From Octopus bimaculoides (Eukaryota), in NCBI RefSeq assembly GCF_001194135.2, contig NC_068989.1, positions 75,278,064 to 75,342,063 on the forward strand: DNA of 64,000 nucleotides, read 5' to 3'. Positions 34,110 to 48,183 of this stretch are shown here, in pieces (the stretch's first letter is position 1; each line of letters starts with the position of its first letter). Made by a program: the position numbers and the translations under genes. The notes beneath the pieces are model-generated. The model saw nothing but the letters and a program-made list of their open reading frames with translations, was not told the DNA's origin and ran no database searches.

Positions 34110-34725
34110 ATGTATGTATATATATATATATATATATCCTCCTCCTTATCATCATCATAATTTTAATGTCCTCTTTTTTATGATCACATTGGTTGGGTGG
34201 AATTTGTTGAGGCAAGATTTTCTAGAGTCTAATGCCCTTCCTGTTGTTAGCCCTCACCTGTTTCTGAGCAAGGTAAAATATTTCTCCACGACTGAACATG
34301 TTTTCCTGGAAGATTGGAATCAAATGACACTGCTTGTATGATGGTGATGCTTGTTTACAACTATCATATAATAACTGTTAAGTTATTCCTTAACATGAAA
34401 CCAGTGCTACCCTTAATACACAAATAAAGAATTTTTATCCATCATTGCAGTGTTAACCACTCGTTTTTGGTACTTATTCTATCGGTCTGTTTTGACAAAC
34501 TGCTAAGTAGTTTGTCCGGCATGCTAATGATTCTGCCTGCTTGCCGCTTTAGTCTTTTATGTATATTATATCATCATTGTGAAGGTGCTGGCTTAGTGTT
34601 TTGGGTATTCGGCTCATGATTATAAGGTTGTGAGTTCAGTTCCTCGTGACGCATTGTGTTCTTGAGCAAGACGCTTTATTTCACATTGCTCCAGTTCACT
34701 CAGCTGGCTAAAATGAGTAGTACCT

Positions 34726-34935
34726 AAGGTGGCGAGCTGGCAGAAATGTTAGCATGCCAGGCGAAATGCTTAGCAGTATTTCGTCTTTACATTTTGGGTT
34801 CAAATTCTGCCGAGGTCGACTTTGCCTTTCATCCTTTCGGGGTCAATAAATTAAGTACCAGTTGTGTCCAGGGGTCGATCTAATCAACTGGCTTCCTCCC
34901 CAAAAGTTTCAGGCCTTGTACCTAGAGTAGAAAAG
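34726..34935 (+). mobile_element. Family B SINE inserted into a CORE-type SINE (34570-35095)
   Basis: Perfect 16-bp TSD AAAATGAGTAGTACCT at 34710-34725 and 34936-34951. Confidence 0.9.
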
Positions 34936-35810
34936 AAAATGAGTAGTACCTGTATTTCAAAGGGCCAGCTTTGTCACATTCTTAGTCACACTAAATCTTG
35001 AGAACTACATTAAGGATACACATGCACGTTGAGTTCATAGGTAGGCTATTCCGTTGATCGGATCAACTGGAACCCTTACCATCATAAGCGATATCATCAT
35101 CATCATCATTGTTTTACATCCACTTTCCCATGCTTGCGTGGGATAGACATTCACACCTACAAATATGTATACGGAATGGCCTTCTTGTAAATTTCCATCT
35201 GTGAAGTACTCTCACAAGGCTTTGGTTGGCTTGGGGGCTTTAGTATAAGACACTAGCTCAAGGTCCTGCATAGTGAAACTGAACCCAATACCATGTGAAT
35301 GGGAAGCATATTTCTTAACCTCACTGCCATATGTATATTGTGTATAAGTGTATGTATGTGTATGTAAACGTATATGTGCATATATGTATGTATAGATATA
35401 TATGTGTATGCATATGTGTGTTTGTATTGACTTGTTGCTGTGTATCTATACACTCATTTGCTTCCAAGTGGTTATACTCTTTTGCTTGAGGGATTTCCTG
35501 TACTAGAATTGACATTTTTGATTTGTGAGAACATTTGGGTTTTTACTGCCACGCTTGGTGGATTTTGTGCACATGGTTGGATTAAGGCAAGCAAGCATGT
35601 TCCACTATGTTGGCCAGAAGATAGAAAAAAAAAAAAAAAGAAAAATCCTTCCCCGTTGATATTGTGCTTCTTGTAGTGTATCAGGACTAAGCAGTTTTTG
35701 AGAGAGAGAGAGAGAGAGAGAGAGAATGATCTAATAATTCTTACCTTTTTAACACTTCAACTATGACATACGTTAATTTTTTTTTTCTTATTTTAGATTC
35801 ATTAATTTCT

Positions 35811-36037
35811 TTAACTCTCTTAGTATTCAGATTATACTGTCAAATGCAATGCTTGTTCATACACATTATTTTGAATTGATCCTGTACTATCTGTTGGCTT
35901 CAAGATTTCGATGGTGTGATTGTTTATTTTTAAAGTGACATTGCAGGGTAGGTGTGAGAGGTTAGATCTGGTTGGTTTGAAGACAAAACAGATAGAATAT
36001 TTGGGCCTGATATAGCCAGTTTAAATGATAAAGGGTT
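35811..36037. mobile_element. TTAA MITE family 2, inverted relative to 47495-47720
   Basis: ttaactctcttagtattcagattat...ccagtttaaatgataaagggtt is the reverse complement homolog of the 47.5-kb copy. Confidence 0.75.
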
Positions 36038-37305
36038 GTGTGTGTGTGTGTGTGTATTATAGTGACTCCAGCACTAAGAGATTGATTTAAGGGCCATGTA
36101 TGAAACTCTCATCCCTCAAGTCACTTTTGTAACTTTTCTGCCAAATAATGTATACATAACTATAATATACACATATGTGTATATGTGTATACATACACTC
36201 TAGCTACACTAGTACCTCCTAGCTGTTGTTGGTCATTGGTAGTAATTTTCAACTGAGTGGACTGCAGCAACGAGAAATGAAGTAGTTTGCTCGAGAACAC
36301 AACATGCTACCCAGTCTGGGAATCGAAACTACAACTGTAGGATCATGTGTCCGATGCCCTAACCACTGAGCCATGTGTTTGTCTTCACATGCAGCCTGAA
36401 ATACCTGGTAATCAATATTTAACAGAAAAAAAAATGTGAATCAAGGAGGAAACCATGATGAATGCGAGCAATAAAGGGAAGTGGGGAAAACAAAAAATAT
36501 TTATAAATATCATTTTTTTTTCTTACTGTTCAGGTATTAAAAAAAAGAACCCAACAAAAACTAGTTTGTGTTTCCTCATATTTTAGTAGCCAGGCAAAGA
36601 GCAGCAGGTCACGTAGTGTTATGATGTCATANNNNNNNNNNNNNNNNNNNNNNNNNNNNNNNNNNNNNNNNNNNNNNNNNNNNNNNNNNNNNNNNNNNNN
36701 NNNNNNNNNNNNNNNNNNNNNNNNNNNNNNNNNNNNNNNNNNNNNNNNNNNNNNNNNNNNNNNNNNNNNNNNNNNNNNNNNNNNNNNNNNNNNNNNNNNN
36801 NNNNNNNNNNNNNNNNNNNNNNNNNNNNNNNNNNNNNNNNNNNNNNNNNNNNNNNNNNNNNNNNNNNNNNNNNNNNNNNNNNNNNNNNNNNNNNNNNNNN
36901 NNNNNNNNNNNNNNNNNNNNNNNNNNNNNNNNNNNNNNNNNNNNNNNNNNNNNNNNNNNNNNNNNNNNNNNNNNNNNNNNNNNNNNNNNNNNNNNNNNNN
37001 NNNNNNNNNNNNNNNNNNNNNNNNNNNNNNNNNNNNNNNNNNNNNNNNNNNNNNNNNNNNNNNNNNNNNNNNNNNNNNNNNNNNNNNNNNNNNNNNNNNN
37101 NNNNNNNNNNNNNNNNNNNNNNNNNNNNNNNNNNNNNNNNNNNNNNNNNNNNNNNNNNNNNNNNNNNNNNNNNNNNNNNNNNNNNNNNNNNNNNNNNNNN
37201 NNNNNNNNNNNNNNNNNNNNNNNAGATAAAATGAAAAATGAAAATGATACATACATCTTGATAAATTCTTATAAAGATTTTATCCTATATTTAAATTATA
37301 TAGAT

Positions 37306-37373
<68 letters not shown>

Positions 37374-38094
37374 CATGTATTTAATGTTATGCCAGAAACA
37401 TTGTCTTCAAAGGTATTTAGCAACTGATCTCAAAGTTAAGAAGGATACTAGAAGTTTAGGCTGTTATAACATAGTTCTATGACTAACCAGCAACATTACT
37501 ACCAAACAAACACCCACCCACCCATCACTGCCACCACTGCAGTTGCTAGTACTGTTTGTAACAGTAGTAGTAATAATAATAATAATGTGTGTGTAAATAT
37601 ATATACATATTTATATATATAAAAAAAAAATATATATATACATATATATATATACATAGATATATATTCTTTATAATAATAATAATAATAATAGTATTCG
37701 TAGTAATGGTACTAATACACACAGGTAGTAGTAGGAGTAGTAGTAATAATAATAATAGCAGTTGTAGAAGTATCGCAACTAATATTATTAATACTACTCT
37801 TTGTACAATATAAAATATGCTGGCTGATGAGAATACATACATACATACAGATTATACACACACACATATACACACGTACACACGTTTCAAGGATGATGTT
37901 TCAAATTTCGTTATCTCTTATGTAATCAGTAGATTCAGTCACTGACCACAATAATTAGGGTGTAGGAGGATACTGATGGTGTAGACTCAATAATTATAGT
38001 ATGTAACGAGCATGATCAAATGATCCAGTTGCATTGTTAACTTGATGCTCTTGAGGCTCCTATGGTTTCAGTGAGTGCAAATAAAAAAAAAAAT

Positions 38095-38733
38095 ATATTC
38101 TTACTCTTTTACTTGTTTCAGTCTTTTGACTGTGGCCATGCTGGAGCACCGCCTTTAGTCGACCAACTCGACCCCAGGACTTATTCTTTGGAAGCCTAGT
38201 ATCGGTCTCTTTTACAGGGACGTGAACACACCAGCATCGGTTGTCAAGCGATGTTGGGGGTACAAACACAGACACACACACACACTCACACACACACACA
38301 CACGCACACACACACAAATATATATATATATATATATATATACNNNNNNNNNNNNNNNNNNNNNNNNNNNNNNNNNNNNNNNNNNNNNNNNNNNNNNNNN
38401 NNNNNNNNNNNNNNNNNNNNNNNNNNNNNNNNNNNNNNNNNNNNNNNNNNNNNNNNNNNNNNNNNNNNNNNNNNNNNNNNNNNNNNNNNNNNNNNNNNNN
38501 NNNNNNNNNNNNNNNNNNNNNNNNNNNNNNNNNNNNNNNNNNNNNNNNNNNNNNNNNNNNNNNNNNNNNNNNNNNNNNNNNNNNNNNNNNNNNNNNNNNN
38601 NNNNNNNNNNNNNNNNNNNNNNNNNNNNNNNNNNNNNNNNNNNNNNNNNNNNNNNNNNNNNNNNNNNNNNNNNNNNNNNNNNNNNNNNNNNNNNNNNNNN
38701 NNNNNNNNNNNNNNNNNNNNNNNNNNNNNNNNN

Positions 38734-38764
<31 letters not shown>

Positions 38765-39175
38765 ATTAAAGCAGATGTGGCTGTCTGGTTGAGAAGCTTG
38801 CTTTTGAACCATGTGGTCTCAGGTTCAGTCCCACTGTGTGGCATCTTGGGCAAGTGTCTTCTACTACAACCCTGGGGTGACCAAAGCTTTGTAAGTGGAA
38901 TTGGTTGATGGAAACTGAAAGAAGCCTGTCTTATATATACTTGTGTGTGTGTGTGTGTATCTTTGAGTTTGTGTTTGTTTCCACCACTGCTTGACAACTG
39001 GTGTCGGTTTGTTTGCATTCCTGCAATGTAGCGGTTTGGCAAAACAGAATGATAGGAAAAGTACAAGGCTTAAAAAAAAAATATATATATAAGTACTGGG
39101 ATTGATTTGTTTGACTAAGCCCTTGAAAGTGGTGCCCCAGCATGGCCACAATCTAATGACTGGAACAAGTAAAAG
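38095..39175. mobile_element. Two family A copies in opposite orientation across a gap
   Basis: 38095-38343 (-) 3' half and 38770-39175 (+). Confidence 0.8.
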
Positions 39176-39665
39176 CCTGGAGTAAGAGACATTATCATGA
39201 CATATCATTTCATGTCATATGAACGGATTCATTCACATCTTGAGATTTAATGGCAGCAAGTATATACCAGGCATGGCTTTGTAGTTAGGAAGCACCACCA
39301 CCACCACCACCACCACCACCACCACCACCACTCCCACTACTGCCTTCACCACCACCATTGCCTTCTTCCTCTCCACCATTATCATTGTCATTAGTTTTGC
39401 TGATGTAGTTAGTATTTGTGGGGCTTTAGTCTCTTATAGTGTCTACATTGACTCTGTCCCTCTGTGTGATGTAACGATAGCGGTGGTAGTGGTGGTGGTG
39501 GTGGGTATTACAATGATCTCTTAACTGATATCATTGACCTTTACACTACACAGGTGTGGTATATCTATTAATCCATTCCCTTTGGTCATTTTCAACAAAA
39601 AAATTTGATATTTGTTGACATTTCATTACTGTCTTAGTGGGGAGGAAGTCTTTTTTTTTTATATA

Positions 39666-39840
39666 GGCGCAGGAGTGGCTGTGTGGTAAGTAGCTTGCTA
39701 ACCAACTACATGGTTTCGGGTTCAGTCCCACTGCATGGCACCTTGGGCAGGTGTCTTCTACTATAGCCTTGGGCCGACCAAAGCCTTGTGAGTGGATTTG
39801 GTAGACAGAAACTGAAAGAAGCCCGTCGTATATATGTATA

Positions 39841-39879
<39 letters not shown>

Positions 39880-40080
39880 ATATGTTTGTGTGTCCGTTTG
39901 TCCCCCCAACTTCGCTTGACAACCGATGCTGGTGTGTTTACGTCCCCGTAACTTAGCGGTTCGGCAAAAAGAGACCGATAGAATAAGTACTAGGCTTACA
40001 AAGAATAAGTCCTGGGGTCAATTTGCTCGACTTAAGGTGGTGCCCCAGCATAGCCACAGTCAAATGATTGAAACAAGTAG
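39666..40080 (+). mobile_element. SINE family A, full length
   Basis: Close to consensus. Confidence 0.9.
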
Positions 40081-40474
40081 AGAGAGAGAGAGTGTCCTTA
40101 CAAAGACATAACTGGCACTCTGGTGGTTACAGTGACGAGGGTTCAAGTTGATCCAGTCAACAGAACAGCCTGCTTGTGAAATTAAACGTGCAAGTGGCTG
40201 ATCACTCCATAGACACGCATACCTCAAAGAGATTCAACATGACACAGAATGTGACAAAGCTGGCCCTTTGAAATACAGGTACTACTCATGTTTGCAATCT
40301 GAGTTGACAGGAGCAATGTGAAATAAAGTGTCTTGCTCAAGGACACAATGCACTGCTTAGCGGTATTTCGTCTGCTGTTACAGTCTGAGTTCAAATTCCG
40401 CCGAGGTCGACTTTGCCTTTCATCCTTTTGTGGTACTAGTTACGCACTGGGGTTGATATAATCGACTTAATCCA

Positions 40475-40875
40475 CAAAGGGTCACTGATTATAGATACTT
40501 AAGTCCTTTGATCCCTATAGTATATAGGCTGTCAATGACTTCTCTCCATTGTTTTTGACTCTAGACTCTCTGGCTAGCATTAAGGCTACTTCCTCAGTCT
40601 GGGTGTCATATCCCCGAAGTAAGGCCTTCCTCTCCCAGATCTCATTGGTTTTGAATTGTCATTGATGCTTCTAACTTTGTGTTTTTCTAGGTGCAGATGT
40701 TGGCCCTGTGCAAACCCATTTTTTATTGCTTTGAAGAAGTAGTCTATATTGGTCTGGCTTCTATCCTTTGAGATGTCGAGCATGGGAGGTCCTACCAGGG
40801 GCTTGCACTTTGCTGACATAGCTTTCAAGGGTTACTGAGACACATAAACCACCATGCTGCAACAAGTACCGGACC
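40475..40875 (-). mobile_element. Bipartite non-autonomous RTE-like element (5'UTR joined to ORF 3' end)
   Basis: Minus strand starts ttgttgcagcatggtggtttatgtgtctcagtaacccttgaaagctatg...cctggtaggacctcccatgc, which resembles RTE 5'UTRs. It then jumps to a decayed RSGRGRP...W C-terminal segment. Confidence 0.55.
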
Positions 40876-41689
40876 TTGTGATAGCACTGTTTAAACCTGC
40901 TTATTTTGTTGACCATCAAAGTATAATCACTCAGCATGGGGTTTGAACTCAGAACTTGGACAAAATAAATTTCTGTATGACATTTTAGTCCAGTACTCCA
41001 CTGTTTACTGATGACATCTGATTAATATTAAATAATGTTGATGATGATTGTGGTGGTGGTAGCGGAGGTAGTGGTAGTTGTAGTAGTAGTAGCAGTAGTA
41101 GTTAGGGGGCCCCGTGTCAGATTTCATGAATAAACAATGGAAAAATTACGAAGAAAATATCATGCAAACATTAGTTGCATTGTAACATATAATTTTTTAG
41201 TACTGCCAAGAGTATTAGTAAAGTGAAGTTTTTGGTATCCCTCACTGGTATTTTATATTTTATGATATAATAAATAAGACATTTAAAAGTATTTCGCTGT
41301 TGCAAAATGTCAATTATAGTTAGGGCTTCACAAAGATTTTAGCCTGGTTACAAGAATTTTATATCAAATGGCAACAACAGCTACAAAGATATCAAATGCT
41401 TAATATGAATGTTATTTACCAGTCTTCGTTTGAATAATACCAACATCACAAACATAAATAATGTTTTTTAAATTACACTTCATGAAAAATTTCGTAATTT
41501 AATGTTGGTTGTTTGTTAGAAATGTAATGGTTGAAATTGCAGCGGATACAAAATGAGGAATGGTAAGGTGGCAAGGTAAAATCTGATCACTGGTACTGTT
41601 ATGTCCTGGGTCAAGATTGTTGACTTGTGACACTTACTATATTTACTTGGTTGTAAGTCGCATCCCTAATTTAGTGTTAAATCTTTTTA

Positions 41690-44390
41690 CCTGTTTTAGT
41701 TATTAGACTCTAGCCATGGTGGGGCACTACCTTGAAGGATTTTTACGTAAATGAATCAAAGTTATTTTTTTTTTTTAAGCCCGGTACTTATCAGTCAGGG
41801 TCTTATCAGTACTTATCAGTCTAGGTTACAGGGACGTAAATAAACCAACACCAGTTGGCAAGCAGTGATGGAGGATAAACACAGACACCAACACAGACAC
41901 ACACACACACACACTTGCATACATATACAGTGGGCTTCTTTCAGTTTCTGTCTACCAAATCCATTCACAAGGCTTTGGTCGGCCCAAAGCTATAGCAGAA
42001 GACACCTGCCCATAGTGGGTTCAGTACCACTATACAGTGGGACTGAACCCAGAACCATGTGATTGGGAAGCAAACTTCTTACCATGCAGTCACACCCATT
42101 CCTAAATGTGCTTCTAAAACAGTCTTCAGATCTCCAGTGCAAAATCTTCTATGACAGACTGAATCATCGAATTCCTTGTTTTTCTCTCTTCGGTTTCCAA
42201 TCTTCAGTGTTTGTTCCATCTTTAGAGTCTATATCTAGCCATGATTCATCATTTTGAAACATGGTACCGGTACAAATATTCTTACAGTAAAAATNNNNNN
42301 NNNNNNNNNNNNNNNNNNNNNNNNNNNNNNNNNNNNNNNNNNNNNNNNNNNNNNNNNNNNNNNNNNNNNNNNNNNNNNNNNNNNNNNNNNNNNNNNNNNN
42401 NNNNNNNNNNNNNNNNNNNNNNNNNNNNNNNNNNNNNNNNNNNNNNNNNNNNNNNNNNNNNNNNNNNNNNNNNNNNNNNNNNNNNNNNNNNNNNNNNNNN
42501 NNNNNNNNNNNNNNNNNNNNNNNNNNNNNNNNNNNNNNNNNNNNNNNNNNNNNNNNNNNNNNNNNNNNNNNNNNNNNNNNNNNNNNNNNNNNNNNNNNNN
42601 NNNNNNNNNNNNNNNNNNNNNNNNNNNNNNNNNNNNNNNNNNNNNNNNNNNNNNNNNNNNNNNNNNNNNNNNNNNNNNNNNNNNNNNNNNNNNNNNNNNN
42701 NNNNNNNNNNNNNNNNNNNNNNNNNNNNNNNNNNNNNNNNNNNNNNNNNNNNNNNNNNNNNNNNNNNNNNNNNNNNNNNNNNNNNNNNNNNNNNNNNNNN
42801 NNNNNNNNNNNNNNNNNNNNNNNNNNNNNNNNNNNNNNNNNNNNNNNNNNNNNNNNNNNNNNNNNNNNNNNNNNNNNNNNNNNNNNNNNNNNNNNNNNNN
42901 NNNNNNNNNNNNNNNNNNNNNNNNTATATATATATATATATATTCATTCATACGACGGGCTTCTTTCAGTTTCCATCTACCAAATTGACTCACAAGGCTT
43001 TGATCGGCCTGAGACTATAGTAGAAGACACTCGCCCAAGGTGCTACGCAATGGGACTGAACCCGGAACCATGTGGTTTGTAAGCAAGCTACTTACCACAC
43101 AGTCACTCCTATGCCTACTGGGGGTCAATCCTATCTTCAAAAGCAGTGCCCCAGCTTGGCCACAGTCTAATAATTGAAACAAGTAAAAAAAATATTAAAA
43201 AATTAAATAAAATGACATGATCTGTTCGTTGATGTTCCAGTACTTTGTCAGATTCATTTTGTCAGTGCAGCTCTTTTTCGAGAATCATTAACCATTTAGC
43301 TCAGCTCAGCTGGTCTAACCTTTACACTAACACTGTTGCGTTTGAATAAGTAAAGATTATATCTGGTTAAACAGTTCTGTAAGGTTGAGGCTTGGTTAGT
43401 CATTTAGGTTAGCCCTCAGAAGCATTAACATTATCTCATCATTAATTCTAATGTTTCAAGGATGAAAGGCAAAAGTCATCTTTCTCTTTCTGATGTGAAT
43501 TGAACCGAAAGACAATTATCAATTAACGAGATGTGTTTGACTTGTGAGCATTCTCCCCCCCCCCCGCCATCCCAGGTTCTTTGAATGGAAAAAATAAATA
43601 AATATGTAGCTGTGTGGTAAGAAATTTGCTTCTCAATCTCATGGCTCTGAGTTCAATCCCACCGTATGGCACCTTGGGCAAGTGTCTTCTACTATAGCCT
43701 CAGGCTGACCAAAGACCTGTGAGTAGGTTTGGTAGACTGAAACCGAAAGAAGCCTGTCGTATCTATCTGTCTGTCTGCCTGTTTGTCTGTGTGTCCTTGT
43801 GTCTGTGTTTGTCACTCACCACTGCTTGACAACCATTGTTGGTATGTTTATGTCCCCATAACTTAGCAGTTCGGCACAAGTGATCAATAGAATAAGTACT
43901 AAGGTTAAAAAAGAAATAAGTCCTGGAGTTGATTTGTTTGACTAAAGCCATTTAAGGTGGTGCCCCAGCTTGGCCACAGTCAAGTAACTGAAACTAGTAA
44001 AAGATAAAAGATCTAATGTGTATAACATCTTAATTAGTAATATGCTATCAGTTAAATTAATACACTTTTTGATCGGTTGTTGGGTGTACCACCTCAGGAT
44101 AACCGAAACCTTGTGAGTTGATTTGGTAGATGGAAACTGAAAGAAGCCTGTCATGTGTGTGTCTGTGTTTGTCTCTCACCACTGCTTGACAAACTGGTGT
44201 TGGTGTGTATATGTTGCTGTAACTTAGCAGATTGGCAAAATAGACTGATAGGATAAGTATCAGGCTTAAAAAAAACCCCCAAAAACATAGAATAAGTACT
44301 GGGGTCAAATTGTGTGACTAAAATTCTTGAAGGCAGTGCCCCAGCATGGCCGCAGCCTAATAGCTTTAAACAAGTAAAAGATAAAAGATG
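41690..44390. mobile_element. Cluster of family A copies
   Basis: 41690-42095 (-), 42925-43115 (-), 43603-44010 (+), 44085-44390 (+). Confidence 0.85.
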
Positions 44391-45115
44391 CAAAGATAAT
44401 ACAAATAATCCTTTCTAATATAGGCACAAGGCCTGAAATTTTGAGGGTGGGGGCTAGTCGATTACATTGATCCCCAGTGCGTAACTGGTACTTATTTCGT
44501 TGACTCCCGAAAGGATGAAAGGCAAAGTCAACTTCAGTGGAATTTGAACTCAGAACATAAAGATGGACAAAATGCTTTTCGCCCAGCGTGCTAACAGTTC
44601 TGCCAGCTTGCCCCCTTAAAGATAATTCAAATGATAATGATGTCTGTCATTGCGTTTTGTCTTGGACGCGGTTCTTTGATAAATATTTAAAACGAGTTTG
44701 CTGCCAGACGGCCTTATATCACTAATATACCCTAACCACTGCAAAGCTGCAAATGTTTTATTTTATTTTATTATTTTTTCAGTAATTAGATATAAATCTA
44801 TTATTAGCCAAATATCTGTAATTTCATTGTGTCTCTACATATCTTGTGCATTCCGAAAAAGGTTTGACATATAAAGTCCATATGAGGGTGTACATGTATT
44901 AAAATACCATTCTGTACCCCGTTTTTCTTCTTTTTTTTTTTTTTTTTTCCAATTGGGATATGTCAGCCGAATGATGACTCCATGCAGCAGTAAACAACTT
45001 GCTACATAAACCTATAGCATTGGTCGTAAATAGGAGCATTTGAATTGACTAATTTTCGCATAAGGTCACTTCAGTCTGGATACTATTCTTGGGACTTGTG
45101 GTGTCATACAGAAGC

Positions 45116-45149
<34 letters not shown>

Positions 45150-45454
45150 NNNNNNNNNNNNNNNNNNNNNNNNNNNNNNNNNNNNNNNNNNNNNNNNNNN
45201 NGTGGTGGTGGTGGTGGTGGTGGTGGTGGCAGCAGCAGTAGTAGTAATGGTGGTGTAGGTTTTTTCACTATTTGACTTATTTAAAGCCTGGAATTATTTA
45301 TATGGTAAAGAATTCTGCCGGTGAACACCACCAAAAGCCAGATTTTGAAGAAATATTATGGCAAGGCATAAGTTTATTTTTAAACATATTTATTTATTGT
45401 ATGTCAGTCATAGTCAGAGATAACATTGCCATTCAATCAATAAATCTTTTGTCT

Positions 45455-47430
45455 TAAGGCAGCGAGCTGGCAGAAACATTAGCACACCAGACGAAATGCT
45501 TAGCAGTATTTCGTTTGTCTTTATGTTCTGAGTTCAAATTCTGCTGAGGTCGACTTTGCCTTTCTTCCTTTCAGGGTCGATAAATTTGTGTACTGAGGTG
45601 GATCTAATCGACTGGTCCCTCTCCCTGCAAAATTTCAGGCCTTGTGCTTGTGCTTAGAGTAGAAAAGAATATTGTAGAATTTTGCAAGGCGGCGAGCTGG
45701 CAGAAATGTTAGCATGCTGGGTGAAATGCTTAGCGGTATTTCGTCTGTCTTTATGTTCTGAGTTCAAGTTCTTGGAGATATTCAGCGTGACACAGTGTGA
45801 CAAGGCTGACCCTTTGAAATACAGGTACAACAGAAACAGAAAGAAAGACTGAGAGAAAGTTGTGATGAAAGAGTACAGCAGGGTTTGCCACCACCCTCTT
45901 CCGGAGCCTCATGGAGCTTTAGGTGTTTTCGCTCAATAAACACTCACCACGCCTGGTCTGGGAATCGAAACCGCGATCCTATGACCGTGAGTCCGCTGCC
46001 CTAACCACTGGGCCATTGCGCCTCTCTTCAGTCATGACAGAAGGATTATTAGCCAGCAAACTACATAGTCTCTGTGTTAATGCCGTGTATCCTATGCCTG
46101 CTGTCTCACTGATTTTTGATGACCGACCGAGTGGGTCACAAACTGAGTGAACCATGACTGTTGGTTTACACTTTAGCCGTTTTGATTGAAATTTTTTAAC
46201 TGATACCTTGAGTGTAAAATGTTCTTTCATAACACTTCTAAGAATAGAAACAATTGCTTTGTTTCATATGGTAGTTATAACTCTTGTCTATAGCATAATA
46301 GCATAATGGAATTAAGTGGTGCCTTCTAACTTGGTACTACATATTTTAAGTGTTATTTACCAAAGATGACACTTATGTCTGCACACACTAGTACACACTG
46401 TATACGATTACTTGAAGAGGTGAAGTTGCTGGGTGTCTTGACATCTTAAACAGATGTGAAACTTATGAAGATGCTTTCTTTTATAATGTGCATCATTAGA
46501 GTCATTGTCTGAGAAATATCTAAACCTTCCATTGTTACATTTCTGCTGAAATAGACTGCCCTTGTTTCATATAATTTTGAAAATAATAAATAACTCTGAA
46601 AGATTGCATGCTATTATTATTATTATTATTATCATCACTAGCAAGAATAAGGCAGTGAGCTGGCAGAATCATTAGCATTGCCAAGCAAAATGCTTAGCGG
46701 TATTTCGTCTGCCGCTACATTCTGAGTTCAAATTCCGCCGAGGTCAACTTTGCCTTTCATCCTTTCGGGGGTCAATTAAATAAGTACCAGTTATGCACTG
46801 GGGTCAGTATAATCGACTTAACCCGTTTGTCTGTCCTTGTTTGTCCCCTCTGTGTGTAGCCCCTTGTGGGCAGTAAAGAAATGGGTATTTCACATGTTTT
46901 TATGTTCTTAGTTCAAATGCTGCCGAGGTTGACTTTGCCTTTCATCTTTTCGAGGTTGATAAAATAACTACCAGCCAAGTACTGCNNNNNNNNNNNNNNN
47001 NNNNNNNNNNNNNNNNNNNNNNNNNNNNNNNNNNNNNNNNNNNNNNNNNNNNNNNNNNNNNNNNNNNNNNNNNNNNNNNNNNNNNNNNNNNNNNNNNNNN
47101 NNNNNNNNNNNNNNNNNNNNNNNNNNNNNNNNNNNNNNNNNNNNGGGGGGGGGGGGGGTCGATGTAATTATCACCTCCCTGAACTTGCTGGCCTTGTGCC
47201 AAAATTTCAAACTAGCAGGAATAAAGTTTTGAGTTGGCTGAACTGTTAGCATGCTGGGCAAAATGCTCAGCAGCATTTTGTCTGTCTTCATGTTCCGAGT
47301 TCAAATTCTGCTATGGTTGACTGCCTTTCTTCCTTTTGGAGTCAATTAAACATGTACCAGTTAAACACTGGGGTTGATATAATTGACTTCCTCCTCTCTT
47401 CCAAAATTGCTGACTCTGTGCCAAAATTTG
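45455..47430 (+). mobile_element. Same-orientation cluster of family B copies
   Basis: 45455-45670, 45685-45770, 46649-46880, 46890-46985, 47145-47210, 47220-47430. Confidence 0.85.
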
Positions 47431-47494
47431 CAACCATTATTACAATGGGGTTTGGAGCATAGATTAGCATTAAATTTTGATGGAAGGTTTTTAA

Positions 47495-47720
47495 CCCTTT
47501 TACATTTGAACCAGTCATATCCGGCCCAAATATTCTACCACTTTTACGTCCAAACTGGCCATATCAAACCTTTCACATCTACCCTACAATGTCATTCTAA
47601 AGAAAAAAAAAAATCAACTACATCACAAAATCTCAAAGTTACAAGATAATGCATGTTTAATTCAAAATAATGTGAATAAATAAGGATTACATTTGATAGA
47701 GTAATCTGAATCCTAAAGAG
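47495..47720. mobile_element. TTAA-flanked piggyBac-type MITE, family 2
   Basis: TTAA|CCCTTTTACATT ... AATCCTAAAGAG|TTAA. A homologous copy in opposite orientation lies at 35811-36037 and a partial one at about 31085-31186. Confidence 0.85.
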
Positions 47721-47957
47721 TTAATATAGATCATTTCAAAATGGGAAGTTTTTATCATAGAATTAAAGATGGTCTCTGGTAGTAAAAGGGTGCTCCGGCA
47801 TGGCTGCATTCAAATAACTGAAACAAGTAAAAGAATAAAAAGAACATATATATATATATATATATATAGTAATAATAACAACAATAATCCTTGGATAGAA
47901 TTTATAGATATTTTAATGCATCGCTATGTGTCTTTCCACAAATCACATGTCTCTTAA

Positions 47958-48183
47958 CCCTTTTGATACCAACCCAGCTGAAACCACCTCTGGCTCTATA
48001 TATCTAAGTGTCATGTTTTCATAAGTTTTGAATTAAAATCTTTCACCAAACCTTGATCACAATTTATGTTCCTAACACTAGCTTAATGATAACTAAGTTA
48101 TTTTACTAAATTCTTTGTTATATTTAAATTAATTAATTGAAAGAAACACAGAGCATCTCAGAATAAATGTGGTAACAAAAAGG
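47958..48183. mobile_element. TTAA-flanked piggyBac-type MITE, family 1
   Basis: TTAA|CCCTTTTGATACC ... GGTAACAAAAAGG|TTAA. Confidence 0.85.

Noticed and set aside
35480-35625. Exon-like unique segment (also 33396-33475, 36534-36610, 46025-46145, 46400-46490)
   Set aside because: Several frames and strands are equally plausible, with weak or missing splice sites and no recognisable protein.
40700-40870. HDV-like or twister ribozyme in the RTE-like 5'UTR
   Set aside because: I could place a P1-like pairing but not P3/L3/P1.1, and the twister core is absent.
44970-45085. C/D-box snoRNA starting at ATGATGA
   Set aside because: No CTGA D box at a suitable distance and no terminal stem.
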